From positions 64,703-128,702 of the forward strand of contig CAWCBP010000004.1 of NCBI GenBank assembly GCA_963793865.1: a stretch of 64,000 nt of DNA. Reading direction: 5' to 3'. Numbering within the stretch: position 1 is the stretch's first letter; every line of letters begins with the position of its first letter. This DNA is from an uncultured delta proteobacterium. Lineage in GTDB: Bacteria > Desulfobacterota > WTBG01. This document shows positions 39,101-48,647 of this stretch, one piece after another. The notes below the pieces were generated by a model that saw only the letters and a list, made by a program, of their open reading frames with translations, was not told the origin of the DNA and ran no database searches. A program made the translations under genes and the position numbers.

Positions 39101-41069
39101 CGTTGGTGCAGACGTTGCTGTCATCACAATTTGGTGCCGCTCCTCCAACGCATGTCCCGCCTGAACAGGTGTCACTGGTGGTGCAGGCGTTTCCGTCATT
39201 GCAGGATGCGGTGTTGTTGGTATGCACGCAGCCGGTCGAGATATTGCAGCTGTCGTTGGTGCAGACGTTGCTGTCATCACAATTCGGTGCCGCTCCTCCA
39301 ACGCATGTCCCGCCTGAACAGGTGTCACTGGTGGTGCAGGCGTTTCCGTCATTGCAGGATGCGGTGTTGTTGGTATGCACGCAGCCGGTCGAGATATTGC
39401 AGCTATCGTTGGTGCAGACGTTGCTGTCATCACAATTTAGTGCCGCTCCTCCAACGCATGTCCCGCCTGAACAGGTGTCACTGGTGGTGCAGGCGTTTCC
39501 GTCATTGCAGGATGCGGTGTTGTTGGTATGCACGCAGCCGGTCGAGATATTGCAGCTATCGTTGGTGCAGACGTTGCTGTCATCACAATTAGGTGCCGCT
39601 CCTCCAACGCATGTCCCGCCTGAACAGGTGTCACTGGTGGTGCAGGCGTTTCCGTCATTGCAGGATGCGGTGTTGTTGGTATGCACGCAGCCGGTCGAGA
39701 TATTGCAGCTGTCGTTGGTGCAGGCGTTGCTGTCATCACAGCTCAGTGCCGCACCACCAACGCATGTCCCGCCTGAACAGGTGTCACTGGTGGTGCAGGC
39801 GTTTCCGTCATTGCAGGATGCGGTGTTGTTGGTATGCACGCAGCCGGTCGAGATATTGCAGCTATCGTTGGTGCAGATGTTGCTATCATCACAGCTCAGT
39901 GCCGCTCCACCAACGCATGTCCCGCCTGAACAGGTGTCACTGGTGGTGCAGGCGTTTCCGTCATTGCAGGATGCGGTGTTGTTGGTATGGGTGCACGTTC
40001 CGGAGCCGTCGCAGAGATCGTCGGTGCAGACATTGCCATCATCGGCGCAGGATGTCCCGCTTGTGGTGTAGCAGTTATCTCCGGATTCGTTACAGGTGTT
40101 GTTGCACTCAGAGCCACCAGTGCAGGGGTCTCCAGAGTGCACACAGCTCCCTCCGCTGCAGGTGTCGGCGCCGTTGCAGTATAAGCCGTCATCACAGGAA
40201 TACCCATCCTCTCTCGGGGTGGAAACGCACTGACCAGTTCTGGTGCTGCATACACCGACGCTGCAGGCATCATCCAGGTCTGAACAGTCGACATTCTGGC
40301 AAATATTAGGATCGGTTGCAGTGGTGACACAATCTGACGGGTCAGAATTCGGCTGCTCCGAGGCAATAGCACAGGAATCGGAAATTGGCACACAATCACT
40401 GTCTACGCCACAACTAGCTCCGCTTACGGCACACATGTTATTTTCGCAACGCTCGCCATACACGATGTCATCTATTTCTATCAGGCATTTGACGAACGCA
40501 TCTTCAGTAGTACAGTCTGTCCCAAAACAAGTGTGTGTAATACCATAGGGATCAGCATCTTCTCCTGATGGTTCGCTTCCGCCCACATTTACATAACAAA
40601 TGGAAGTAAATGCTTCAATTTCAACGCTATTAGTACACCTATCATACCTATCATCGTTACACTGGAAAAATCTCGGGCTGAAAGAGCTCTGAGTCGCCGG
40701 AGGACCACCCTCAACGGTCACACAGAGTGCATAGTTCGCGTATGTGTCAAAGTCCGAATCGAAAAGTATACAGCTATTACCCGTGTTAGCACCAGACCAT
40801 CTTGTGTCATCAAAGTTGAACGTCACAGTCAGTTCAAACTGATTCTCACCCGGTCCCACACAGTACTCGGTTACGTCCTTTTGACCCGGTTCGTCATCCA
40901 TCCCTTGCAGGTCTACGCTACAGACCTGCGCCGCTACCGGCAAAACATCGATGGATGAGTAGCCCAAAACGATTGCAAACGTGAAGATCAGTAGTATGAG
41001 AAAGCTTTTTGTTTCTTTCCCGATGATTATTGATGATGAACGTTTTCCCGCTACTTTTCTCAATATCAA
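36200..41069 (-). CDS. giant secreted Cys-rich repeat protein (about 1620 aa) with about 11 tandem 50-aa repeats and a C-terminal dockerin-like domain; one 1-bp frameshift near 38340
   Basis: N-terminal TM/signal sequence. Repeats are CDDSNVCTNDSCNISTGCVHTNNTASCNDGNACTTSDTCSGGTCVGGAAPN. The downstream modules are diverged (CNGTDTCSGGSCSVHAGDPC...). The terminal region GDGIVDLFDILEAVDIIL...SDNDIDIFDVLVMIDKALG resembles paired dockerin Ca-binding segments. ORFs 38334..41069 and 36200..38668 are joined by removing one inserted T in the last repeat. Confidence 0.7.
38340..39960. repeat. tandem array of about 11 near-identical 150-bp coding repeats (in-frame, inside the giant Cys-rich gene)
   Basis: Copies show more than 95 % nucleotide identity with scattered point differences (AALS/AAPN/AALN variants). 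Every alternative-frame ORF in the six-frame track across this span is repeat shadow. Confidence 0.9.
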
Positions 41070-41309
41070 AATACCCCCATCCTTTGCTCTATACTACCAT
41101 AAGTAACGAGATCCTGGAAAAAGAGCAAAGAGTCAAAAAATGGTAAATTATTAAATCTAGTATTAAATATACTATGAAATACTATGAATGGTTTCCCACG
41201 AATTTTACTAAATTTTTCCTTTTTGTCAATAGGAAAAACCCTGATTTTTGGCTTCGAAAACCCTTAGTTTTTCTCCAGCAAAAATTGATGAGCACTATTG
41301 AGTATCCTC

Positions 41310-41343
41310 AAAAAGACCCCTCGGCAAGGGTTTTGCCGAGGGG
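41310..41343 (-). terminator. orphan hairpin terminator module (same TAAGGAGGGGA-hairpin-T-run unit as at 36.1 kb)
   Basis: An 11-bp perfect stem CCCCTCGGCAA/TTGCCGAGGGG with a T5 run on the minus strand. There is no ORF of 60 aa or more upstream of it on that strand. Confidence 0.55.
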
Positions 41344-41687
41344 TTCCCCTCCTTATTTCGTGTTTTTTATCATTAGATTATAAAATTTATATTCTATCTG
41401 CTCTTCTCGACCACTAAGAAAAAAGGCTAATAACAAACGAAAACGATTTCATTTATAAATGACTTTAGCTTATTTGTCTATAGGCAAAACCCTGATTTTT
41501 TGCTTCGAAAACCCTGATTTTTTGCTTCGAAAAACCTTAGTTAAAATAGCGAAAGCTATCTATGGACATAAAAGCAAAACTTTCATCAAGTTTTATAATC
41601 AGTTACCGATAACAGTATGCGGGTAGACTCTACCTGTTATATAATTATAGATAGTAAAAAGCTCAGAAGCAGGTTAGGAAAACTTCT

Positions 41688-44102
41688 ATGGAAGGCATAT
41701 CAAAAAAACAGCTCATGGAAGAAATAGATGAGCTGCGCCGTCAGGTGGCTGAGCTGCAGGGGGAAAAAGAGCGACTCAAGCAGTGGAAAACGGAAGAAGA
41801 GCGCAAATGGGACCGCTACCGCCTCATAAACGAAAACACCAGTGATCTTATTGCCGTCACCACCTTCAGCCTGAACCCCACGTACACTTACGTAAGCCCA
41901 TCCCATAAACAGGTTTTGGGTTATGACCCTGAAGAGCTGATGGGAAAACAGGGTATTGATTTTGTGCACCCGGACGATAAAAAAAGACTGCTCCCGTTAC
42001 TGCAAAAATATATCACCCTCAAGGCATCGAAATTACTGGGCTTCAAAAATCGTGAACTGTCAGAACTGCTGGATTACCGGGTCAGAGACAAGTCCGGAAA
42101 TTGGCATTTTCTGGAGAGCACCGTTAACATGATCAACGATGAGCTCCTCTTCATTTCACGGGACATAACCAGGCAAAAAGAGAAAATAGAATCAATCAAG
42201 CTGGCCTATGCCGAACTGATGCAGATATTTAATAACATCGTCGAAGGGGTGCGTGTCATCGATAAGGACTACAATGTGCTCCTGGTCAACAAAACCTTCG
42301 CCAACCTGGCCGGCATGAGCGAGGAGGAAATGGCCGGGAAAAAGTGCTTCGAGGTATTCAGCTGTTCCCTCTGCCACACCCCCGACTGCTTTTTAAACCG
42401 AATTCTCGGGGGTGAAGCTCATATTGCCCTCGACACAGAGATCCATCGCAAAGACAACCGCACCATACCCTGCGCGGTCACCGCAACACCCTTCCAGGGC
42501 AGCGCCAACGAGCCCATGGGCATTGTCGAAAATTTCCGGGACATAACCCAGAGGAAGCAGTCGGAAAGGGAACTGCGGGAGGCCAATGAATTTTTAGAGC
42601 AGGTCATTGAAAACAGCAAGGATGGAATACTGATTGTAGATACCGGGGGCAACATAATTGCCTGCAACACTGCCCTGGCGCAGATGAGCGGGTTCAGCAA
42701 GGAAGAGCTGATGGGCAAACATGCGTCCATGCTGGTCATCGAGGATAAGGAAATGAGGAAAACGATCCTGGAAAAGACGGCGGAGCTCTTTGAAAAAGGG
42801 TTTGCCACCTATGAACCGACCTTCAAGTCAAAAGAGGGAAAAAACATCGAGGCCGAGTGCCTGTCCTCAATGGTATGGAACGCTGAAGGAGAGTATATTG
42901 CCGGTGTATCGATCATACGGGACATCACCGAAAGAAAGCAAATGGAACGTCACATCATCCAGTCCGAGAAAATCAAATCGCTGGAGGAGCTGGCCGGGGG
43001 AGTGGCCCACAACTTCAATAATATTCTTGCCGCCATCCTGGGAAGGGCCCAGCTTCTGATGATGAAATTCACCGACCAGCCGCACGCGCAGGAAAGAAGG
43101 AAGGCGATGCTGGAGCTGAAGAAGAGCCTTGAGGTAATCGAGCAGGCCGCCCTGGAAGGAGCCCGCACGGTGAAGCAGATCCAGGACTTTTCACGCAAGC
43201 GGGAGGAAACCAACTTTACCAGGGTCGACCTCAATGAAATTATAGATCAGGGCCTGGAACTCACCCGCGCCCGATGGAAAGACGAGGCACAGTTAAAGGA
43301 CATCACCATCACCATCAAAAAAGATTTCTCCCCGATTCCTCCCGTAGAGGGGAATGTCTCCGAGCTCAGGGAACTTTTCACCAATCTTGTCAACAATGCC
43401 TTTGATGCCATGCCCGGGGGCGGTGAACTGAGCTTGAAGACCTTCAGCGAAAATGGACAGGCGGTTATTAAAGTGGAGGATACAGGAGCCGGCATTCCCG
43501 AAGACATCCGGGACAGGATCTTTGATCCGTTTTTCACCACCAAGGGCGTCCAGGCAACAGGGCTCGGGCTGAGCGCCTCTTACGGGATTATCAGCCGGCA
43601 TGGCGGAACCATTGCGCTGGATGGCCTGCAGGGAAGAGGATCATCTTTTACCATCAGGTTTCCGGTTGCAGGAAAACCGGTCGAAGAGCACAAGACGCAG
43701 TCTGTACCCGGAACAATGAAAAAAGCGTCCATTCTGGTGATTGAAGATGAGGATGATTTGCGCAACCTGCTCACCGACATCCTGAAAATGGAGGGCCATG
43801 AGGTTGAAGCGGCGGCAAACGGCCGGGAAGGAATCGCGTCATTTGTCAACCGGCACTTTGACCTGGTTTTCACCGACCTGGGCATGCCCGAAATGTCCGG
43901 CTGGCAGGTGGCCAAGGAGATAAAGAAACTGGATGACAGGACGCCGGTCGCGCTTATAACCGGCTGGCACATCCAATTAAATGACGCGGAGAAGAAGGAA
44001 AAAGGGGTTGACTTGATCATCAACAAGCCGTTCAAGGTGGAAGAAATTTTCAAGCTGGTTGAAGAAGGCCTGAAGATCAAAGACTCCTATAACGGAACCT
44101 GA
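41688..44102 (+). CDS. hybrid sensor histidine kinase/response regulator with multiple PAS domains
   Basis: 804 aa: a coiled-coil N-terminus, three PAS modules, HisKA with HNFNNILAAILGRAQLL, HATPase (DTGAGIP, GLGLSASY), and a C-terminal receiver (LVIEDEDDL...DLVFTDLGMPEMSG). Confidence 0.85.
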   Translation: MEGISKKQLMEEIDELRRQVAELQGEKERLKQWKTEEERKWDRYRLINENTSDLIAVTTFSLNPTYTYVSPSHKQVLGYDPEELMGKQGIDFVHPDDKKRLLPLLQKYITLKASKLLGFKNRELSELLDYRVRDKSGNWHFLESTVNMINDELLFISRDITRQKEKIESIKLAYAELMQIFNNIVEGVRVIDKDYNVLLVNKTFANLAGMSEEEMAGKKCFEVFSCSLCHTPDCFLNRILGGEAHIALDTEIHRKDNRTIPCAVTATPFQGSANEPMGIVENFRDITQRKQSERELREANEFLEQVIENSKDGILIVDTGGNIIACNTALAQMSGFSKEELMGKHASMLVIEDKEMRKTILEKTAELFEKGFATYEPTFKSKEGKNIEAECLSSMVWNAEGEYIAGVSIIRDITERKQMERHIIQSEKIKSLEELAGGVAHNFNNILAAILGRAQLLMMKFTDQPHAQERRKAMLELKKSLEVIEQAALEGARTVKQIQDFSRKREETNFTRVDLNEIIDQGLELTRARWKDEAQLKDITITIKKDFSPIPPVEGNVSELRELFTNLVNNAFDAMPGGGELSLKTFSENGQAVIKVEDTGAGIPEDIRDRIFDPFFTTKGVQATGLGLSASYGIISRHGGTIALDGLQGRGSSFTIRFPVAGKPVEEHKTQSVPGTMKKASILVIEDEDDLRNLLTDILKMEGHEVEAAANGREGIASFVNRHFDLVFTDLGMPEMSGWQVAKEIKKLDDRTPVALITGWHIQLNDAEKKEKGVDLIINKPFKVEEIFKLVEEGLKIKDSYNGT

Positions 44103-44332
44103 GAACACCCGCCTTTCCCCCTTCCCTTTAGAATCCCCTTCATGCAAGCCTGCGGGTTTCTCTCTCAGACCTTTATAGAAATGGTAGGAGCGGCTTTAGC
44201 CGCGAATATTTTTCACCTTTAGATTATTGCCCTCCTTATCAAACAGCCCTCGAAAAGGTCTTGCCTTTCCCGTATACTGGTGATACATAATAGAATAAAT
44301 TTCTATTTGGAATTGTTGCCAAATGTTGCCAT

Positions 44333-44409
44333 GCGCCCATAGCTCAGCTGGATAGAGCGGCAGACTACGAATCTGTAGGTCGGGGGTTCGAATCCCTCTG
44401 GGCGTACCA
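44333..44409 (+). tRNA. tRNA-Arg (anticodon ACG)
   Basis: Cloverleaf: acceptor GCGCCCA/TGGGCGT, D-arm GCTCAGCTGGATAGAGC, anticodon stem GCAGA/TCTGT with loop CTACGAA, T-arm GGGGGTTCGAATCCCTC, and a 3' CCA. Confidence 0.9.
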
Positions 44410-44483
44410 GAAAAATCAAGCACCTGCAAAAGCTGTAGGTGCTTGTTTACGATTGACCTTCCGTTTCTCAACTGACAAAGCTT

Positions 44484-45662
44484 CTATTCCGCTATCAACC
44501 TCTGAATGTGGCGCCAGGACAGGATCTGTGCATCAGATCGCTGCTGGGAATCGTCACCGCCATAAACAACATGGCTTCGAATAGTTCGTTTCCGGGTTTT
44601 CCCCTCCATCTGATCAGAGAAGCGCTTGAGGTTCTTGAAAAAGTCCCCGTTAATCGTAGCCCCTGATTTTATCTCGACGGCAGCAAGTGTATCGCCGTGC
44701 TCGATAAGCAGATCAATTTCCGGTCCCCGGGCTTCCCGATAGTGAAAGAGGCCGGGCTGTAAGCCACTGTGCACAAGGGCTTTGTAGGTTTCAGAGATAA
44801 CCCAGCTCTCAAATATGGCTCCGCGCAGGGGGTGGTGGAGCAGCTGTCCCGGTTCGCGAATACCCAGCAGATAACACACCAGTCCGCTGTCAAAGAAATG
44901 CAGCTTGGGTGCTTTGACAAACTGCTTGCGTATGCTGGTATGCCATGACGGAAGCCGATGGATAATGTAACTTGTTTCCAGAACAGAGAGCCAGGCGCGG
45001 ACAGTATTGTGAGATACGCCGGCGTCACTTCCGAGTTTGGATAGATTGATCTCCTGAGCCGTACGCCCTGCACATAATTTGAGGAAGCCGGAGAAGGTTT
45101 GAAGGTCACCGACATTAATAACCTGGCGAACGTCCCGTTGCACATATGTGGCTGTGTAATCCGCCAGCCATTGGCCGGGTGGTATGCCGCGATCGTAAAT
45201 TCTTGGATAGCTTCCCTGCCAGAGCAACCCGTTCAGGGTGGAAGGTGCAGACGGGAAGGCACGCAGTTCTTCAAGGCTCGGTGGCAAAAGCACTAGAATC
45301 CCACAGCGGCCCGCCAATGATTGGGTAATTGATTGAGACAAGCCAAAATGCTGCGAACCGGTCAGTATGAAGCGGCCCGGATCAGGTCGGGCGTCAATAT
45401 CGCTCTGCAGGTAGGTAAGTAATGACGGGACATGTTGTATTTCATCAAAGATGGCGCCATCCACGTACTCGGACAAAAATCCACGAGGGTCACTGGCTGC
45501 AAAATCGCGAATGTCCAGCGCCTCAAGCGAAATATATGGTTTGTCAGGATATGCCATCCGACAAAGGGTAGTCTTACCAGACTGTCTTGGACCGGTAACG
45601 AGGATTGCGGGGTAATAGCCTGTGAGTTCGCGCAATTTTTTTTCAAGGGTTCTTTTAATCAT
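44484..45662 (-). CDS. AAA+ ATPase with DUF4143 C-terminal domain
   Basis: Walker A GPRQSGKTTL; 392 aa with typical DUF4143 organisation. Confidence 0.7.
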   Translation of the reverse strand: MIKRTLEKKLRELTGYYPAILVTGPRQSGKTTLCRMAYPDKPYISLEALDIRDFAASDPRGFLSEYVDGAIFDEIQHVPSLLTYLQSDIDARPDPGRFILTGSQHFGLSQSITQSLAGRCGILVLLPPSLEELRAFPSAPSTLNGLLWQGSYPRIYDRGIPPGQWLADYTATYVQRDVRQVINVGDLQTFSGFLKLCAGRTAQEINLSKLGSDAGVSHNTVRAWLSVLETSYIIHRLPSWHTSIRKQFVKAPKLHFFDSGLVCYLLGIREPGQLLHHPLRGAIFESWVISETYKALVHSGLQPGLFHYREARGPEIDLLIEHGDTLAAVEIKSGATINGDFFKNLKRFSDQMEGKTRKRTIRSHVVYGGDDSQQRSDAQILSWRHIQRLIAE

Positions 45663-45898
45663 ATATTAAGTCTCACATATAATACATAATTTGTCAATTG
45701 AAATTACAAATTATGTATTTTTCGGTAAGCAAGCACTTTTTTGCCGACAAGTGATGTTAATTGAACCATTTGCCCATACGAAACGTATTTAGATTTATAT
45801 AAAATGGCACCCACGAGCATATACACTTTGTTCCGATTGCGAAATAATGATCTTCCTGTTATAGTTTACTTATTTCCCTTTATCATGATGGAGAGGAT

Positions 45899-46792
45899 AT
45901 GAAAAATTTTACGCTTATAGCAGTGCTTGCGTTCATTGTCGGCCTGATGGGCAGCCCCGCACTCGGAGTCGAATACAGCACAGACTTTTTAGAGCCCGGC
46001 AACCCGGGAGGCGTTTCGGGAAGTTTGAAAACCTTTGATGACGGGTGGACGCTTGAAATCGGTAGTACCGTTGATGCGGACATCTGGATTAGCGACCTGC
46101 CGGAGGACATGATAACGGCAGGATTTATCCTCGAGTATGATGAATCAAGGGTATCCATTGCTAATATAGCAGTTTATGACGGTACCCTTCCCGGTCCGTG
46201 GGATGGCGATATGACTACTATTGTCGACGATCCTTCGAAACCGGGCATACTGGCGGTGATTGTAGGGAATTTTTCTTGCATCGATCCCGATGCAAGCAGA
46301 GATATTGCAATCGCCCGGGTTACTTTTGAATGTATATCAACCGAGGATGCCCAGGTCACCGTTAAACCGGTGTCGGATTTCGATACCATAGTAAGCTGCG
46401 AGGGAACAGTATATGATCCCCAAATAGCTCTTCATACCATCACCATATTTCAGGAGGGAACGGGACCGTCAACTACCACCACCTCCCCCTCAACCACGAC
46501 GTCGGCAGTAATCACATCATCAACTACCAGTTCACCGTCAACTACCACAACAACCATCAAGCGATGCCTGTCCGAGTCAATCTACGGCGGATACGCAGAA
46601 GAAACAAAACTTCTACGGCACTTCCGCGACAATGTATTACGCCAAACCGCTGAAGGCCGTGAACTGATAAATCTGTATTACCTGTGGAGCCCTGTCATCG
46701 TGAGCGCAATGGAAGGTAATGATGAGTTGAGGACATGGGTAAAGGAAATGATTGATGATGTATTGCCCGTGATACAAGAGGCAGTGGAATAG
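45899..46792 (+). CDS. secreted cohesin-like domain protein with Ser/Thr-rich linker and conserved C-terminal roughly 70-aa domain
   Basis: Signal peptide MKNFTLIAVLAFIVGLMGSPALG. The cohesin-like strands AGFILEYDESRVSIANIAVYDG and IAIARVTFECISTEDAQVTVKP. A (S/T)-rich linker. A C-terminal domain C-x4-IYG...LLRHFRDNVLRQTAEGRELINLYY... Confidence 0.55.
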   Translation: MKNFTLIAVLAFIVGLMGSPALGVEYSTDFLEPGNPGGVSGSLKTFDDGWTLEIGSTVDADIWISDLPEDMITAGFILEYDESRVSIANIAVYDGTLPGPWDGDMTTIVDDPSKPGILAVIVGNFSCIDPDASRDIAIARVTFECISTEDAQVTVKPVSDFDTIVSCEGTVYDPQIALHTITIFQEGTGPSTTTTSPSTTTSAVITSSTTSSPSTTTTTIKRCLSESIYGGYAEETKLLRHFRDNVLRQTAEGRELINLYYLWSPVIVSAMEGNDELRTWVKEMIDDVLPVIQEAVE

Positions 46793-46926
46793 TCAATCCA
46801 TTTACCCGCCATAACGAGGCGGGACCGCTCCCGACGCACCACGTAAAAGCACCTGCAGTTTATGCAGGTGCTTTTCCTGTTGCCGATGACGTAAAATAAT
46901 TTGTTAATTAACCGACGTGCCCTTGA

Positions 46927-47805
46927 TTACAAGCGGATTTCCCAGCCGTGTTTGCGCCGATAAGCGAACCAATAAACAAAACCGACCATGAACGAACCGC
47001 CCACGATATTACCCAGGGTCACGGGAATGAGATTGACAAAGAAGAAATTATACCAGGTAAGGTTGGGAAAATCAGCCGCTACCTTTCCCGCCAACTGCCA
47101 GGCTTCCGGGGGCATCCATTGCTTGGCTAAAATGGCCCCGGGGATGTAGTACATGTTGGCAACGGAATGCTCAAACCCGCAGGCGACAAATGCGGTGATG
47201 GGGAAAATAATGGAGAGGATTTTGTCGGTGTTGCTTCGGCCGCCCATGCACAGCCACACCGCCAGGCACACAAGCGCGTTGCACATGATGCCCAGGGCAA
47301 ACAGGTCTATAAACGGCTTTCCGCACTTGGCGTTGGAGATGATCATCGCGTTCAGCCATATAATGCCCTTGCCGAACATGTAGCGCCTGCAGAGCAGCAT
47401 GATATATACGGTGCCGATGGCGCCGACAAAATTCCCCAGGTAGACGATTACCCAGTTGCGCAGGAGCTGGCGTACCGTGACCCTGCCGCTGACACAGGCC
47501 ATGACAATGAGGTTGTTGCCGGTAAAGAGTTCGGCCCCCGCCAGGACCACCAGGATCAGGCCGAGACTAAAGGTAAGCCCTCCCAGCAGCCTGCCCATGC
47601 CGAAATAGACATTGCCTTCAGCGCCGGCGGTTACGGTTGTGGAAAAAACGGCCCCCAGTGCGATAAAGGCGCCCGCAAGGATGGCCAGCACAAACAGCGT
47701 CCAAAAATCCATATTGGCCTTGGTGACGCCGACATTCTCCGCCTTCTCGGCGATTTGAGCGGGTGGAAATGCATCCATACTGATTATTGGGTCATTATTG
47801 CTCAT
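46927..47805 (-). CDS. formate/nitrite transporter (FNT family channel)
   Basis: 292 aa with 6 TM helices and FNT signature segments (...LLGGLTFSLGLILVVLAGAELFTGNNL...). Confidence 0.8.
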   Translation of the reverse strand: MSNNDPIISMDAFPPAQIAEKAENVGVTKANMDFWTLFVLAILAGAFIALGAVFSTTVTAGAEGNVYFGMGRLLGGLTFSLGLILVVLAGAELFTGNNLIVMACVSGRVTVRQLLRNWVIVYLGNFVGAIGTVYIMLLCRRYMFGKGIIWLNAMIISNAKCGKPFIDLFALGIMCNALVCLAVWLCMGGRSNTDKILSIIFPITAFVACGFEHSVANMYYIPGAILAKQWMPPEAWQLAGKVAADFPNLTWYNFFFVNLIPVTLGNIVGGSFMVGFVYWFAYRRKHGWEIRL

Positions 47806-47979
47806 GCCTTAAACTCCTCCTTCTTTTTTTCCGCACGCTCAGTGAGGAAAAGGGTTAAGATTACAAACTTCCCGTCAGAAAACATCTCCTGACAGGCAAG
47901 AACATACACACGGCTTCTACCCTGGGGCGAACGCTGCCGGGTGAATAGCCTCCTGCCGGCAGCGAGTTCGCCAACGGTA

Positions 47980-48393
47980 TCATTCCCACCCGATGGGTTG
48001 ATACCCCCTCTCGCTCAGACAGCTATTCACATAATTCATAAAAACCGGGTCGGGATCTTTTATGCGGAAAAGCGCGTGCGTAACGGTTGATGCAGCTCCC
48101 GCCGCCGCTCCGGCTGCCGCCCCCCGTCCCACGTGACCGAACATCGATCCCGCGGCGGCCCCTGCCGCCGCGCCGACCACGCTGTTTTCAACCGTGTTTT
48201 TGGTAATCTCCCTGGCTTTTTGCGACTTCAGGTAGCTGTCGGCCATCAGGCAGCATTCTTCTATGTCCCTGTTCGCCTGTTCAGCACCCACGGTGTTCAG
48301 GTGCCCGTTCGGATAGAGGATGGGGCTCCTGGTCGTGCTGCACCCGCCCGCAATGACAATGCTTACAAAAAAGAACAGTATCGTTTTCTTCAT
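47980..48393 (-). CDS. glycine-zipper outer-membrane lipoprotein (SlyB/17-kDa-antigen-like)
   Basis: Signal with GGCS lipobox; AAGAAAGSMFGHVGRGAAAGAAAGAAS glycine zipper. Confidence 0.65.
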   Translation of the reverse strand: MKKTILFFFVSIVIAGGCSTTRSPILYPNGHLNTVGAEQANRDIEECCLMADSYLKSQKAREITKNTVENSVVGAAAGAAAGSMFGHVGRGAAAGAAAGAASTVTHALFRIKDPDPVFMNYVNSCLSERGYQPIGWE

Positions 48394-48647
48394 AACTGTT
48401 CCTCCGTTCCCCCTCGGGGCATTACCCTATAGCATATAATCATAAACAGGTAAACAAATTTTTCAATCCGGCAGGCACTTATCCCCGGGGTGCATTCCCG
48501 GCAATCATATCCCTCAACATTTCGGCATCTTTTGCCGATAGGCACATACGAGGTGCTGCACGGATTGGCATCTATCGGGAAAGGCAAAACGGGGTTTTTC
48601 TTAAAGGTCGCACATCACACGGATGAACGTCATACGTGAGGAAAAAC

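Noticed and set aside
37708-39739. Ala/Thr/Pro-rich ORFs (MMTATSAPT..., 38366..39592 RCCWYARSRSRY...) in the six-frame track
   Set aside because: They are wrong-frame translations of the tandem repeat DNA and periodic only because the DNA is periodic. Only the Cys-rich frame matches the flanking non-repeat protein sequence.
38340-39960. Regularly spaced 150-bp repeats, a possible CRISPR array
   Set aside because: The repeats are contiguous with no spacers, are 150 bp not 25-50 bp, and are in-frame coding units of a Cys-rich protein. No cas genes are present.
41174-41383. 69-aa plus-strand ORF in the AT-rich cassette
   Set aside because: It lies across repeated motif and terminator-hairpin DNA with low-complexity composition and no RBS. 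It is likely non-coding.
44333-44480. tRNA-Arg as an integration site of its own island
   Set aside because: There is no integrase or att-like repeat adjacent to it. The only recombinase remnant is at the tRNA-Leu end, so tRNA-Arg is treated as a possible far boundary only.
45801-45830. TGGCAC hexamer upstream of the cohesin-like gene, as a possible sigma-54 promoter
   Set aside because: There is no properly spaced TTGC/-12 GC element; the GC is off by one position. It is much weaker than the kamA-upstream match.
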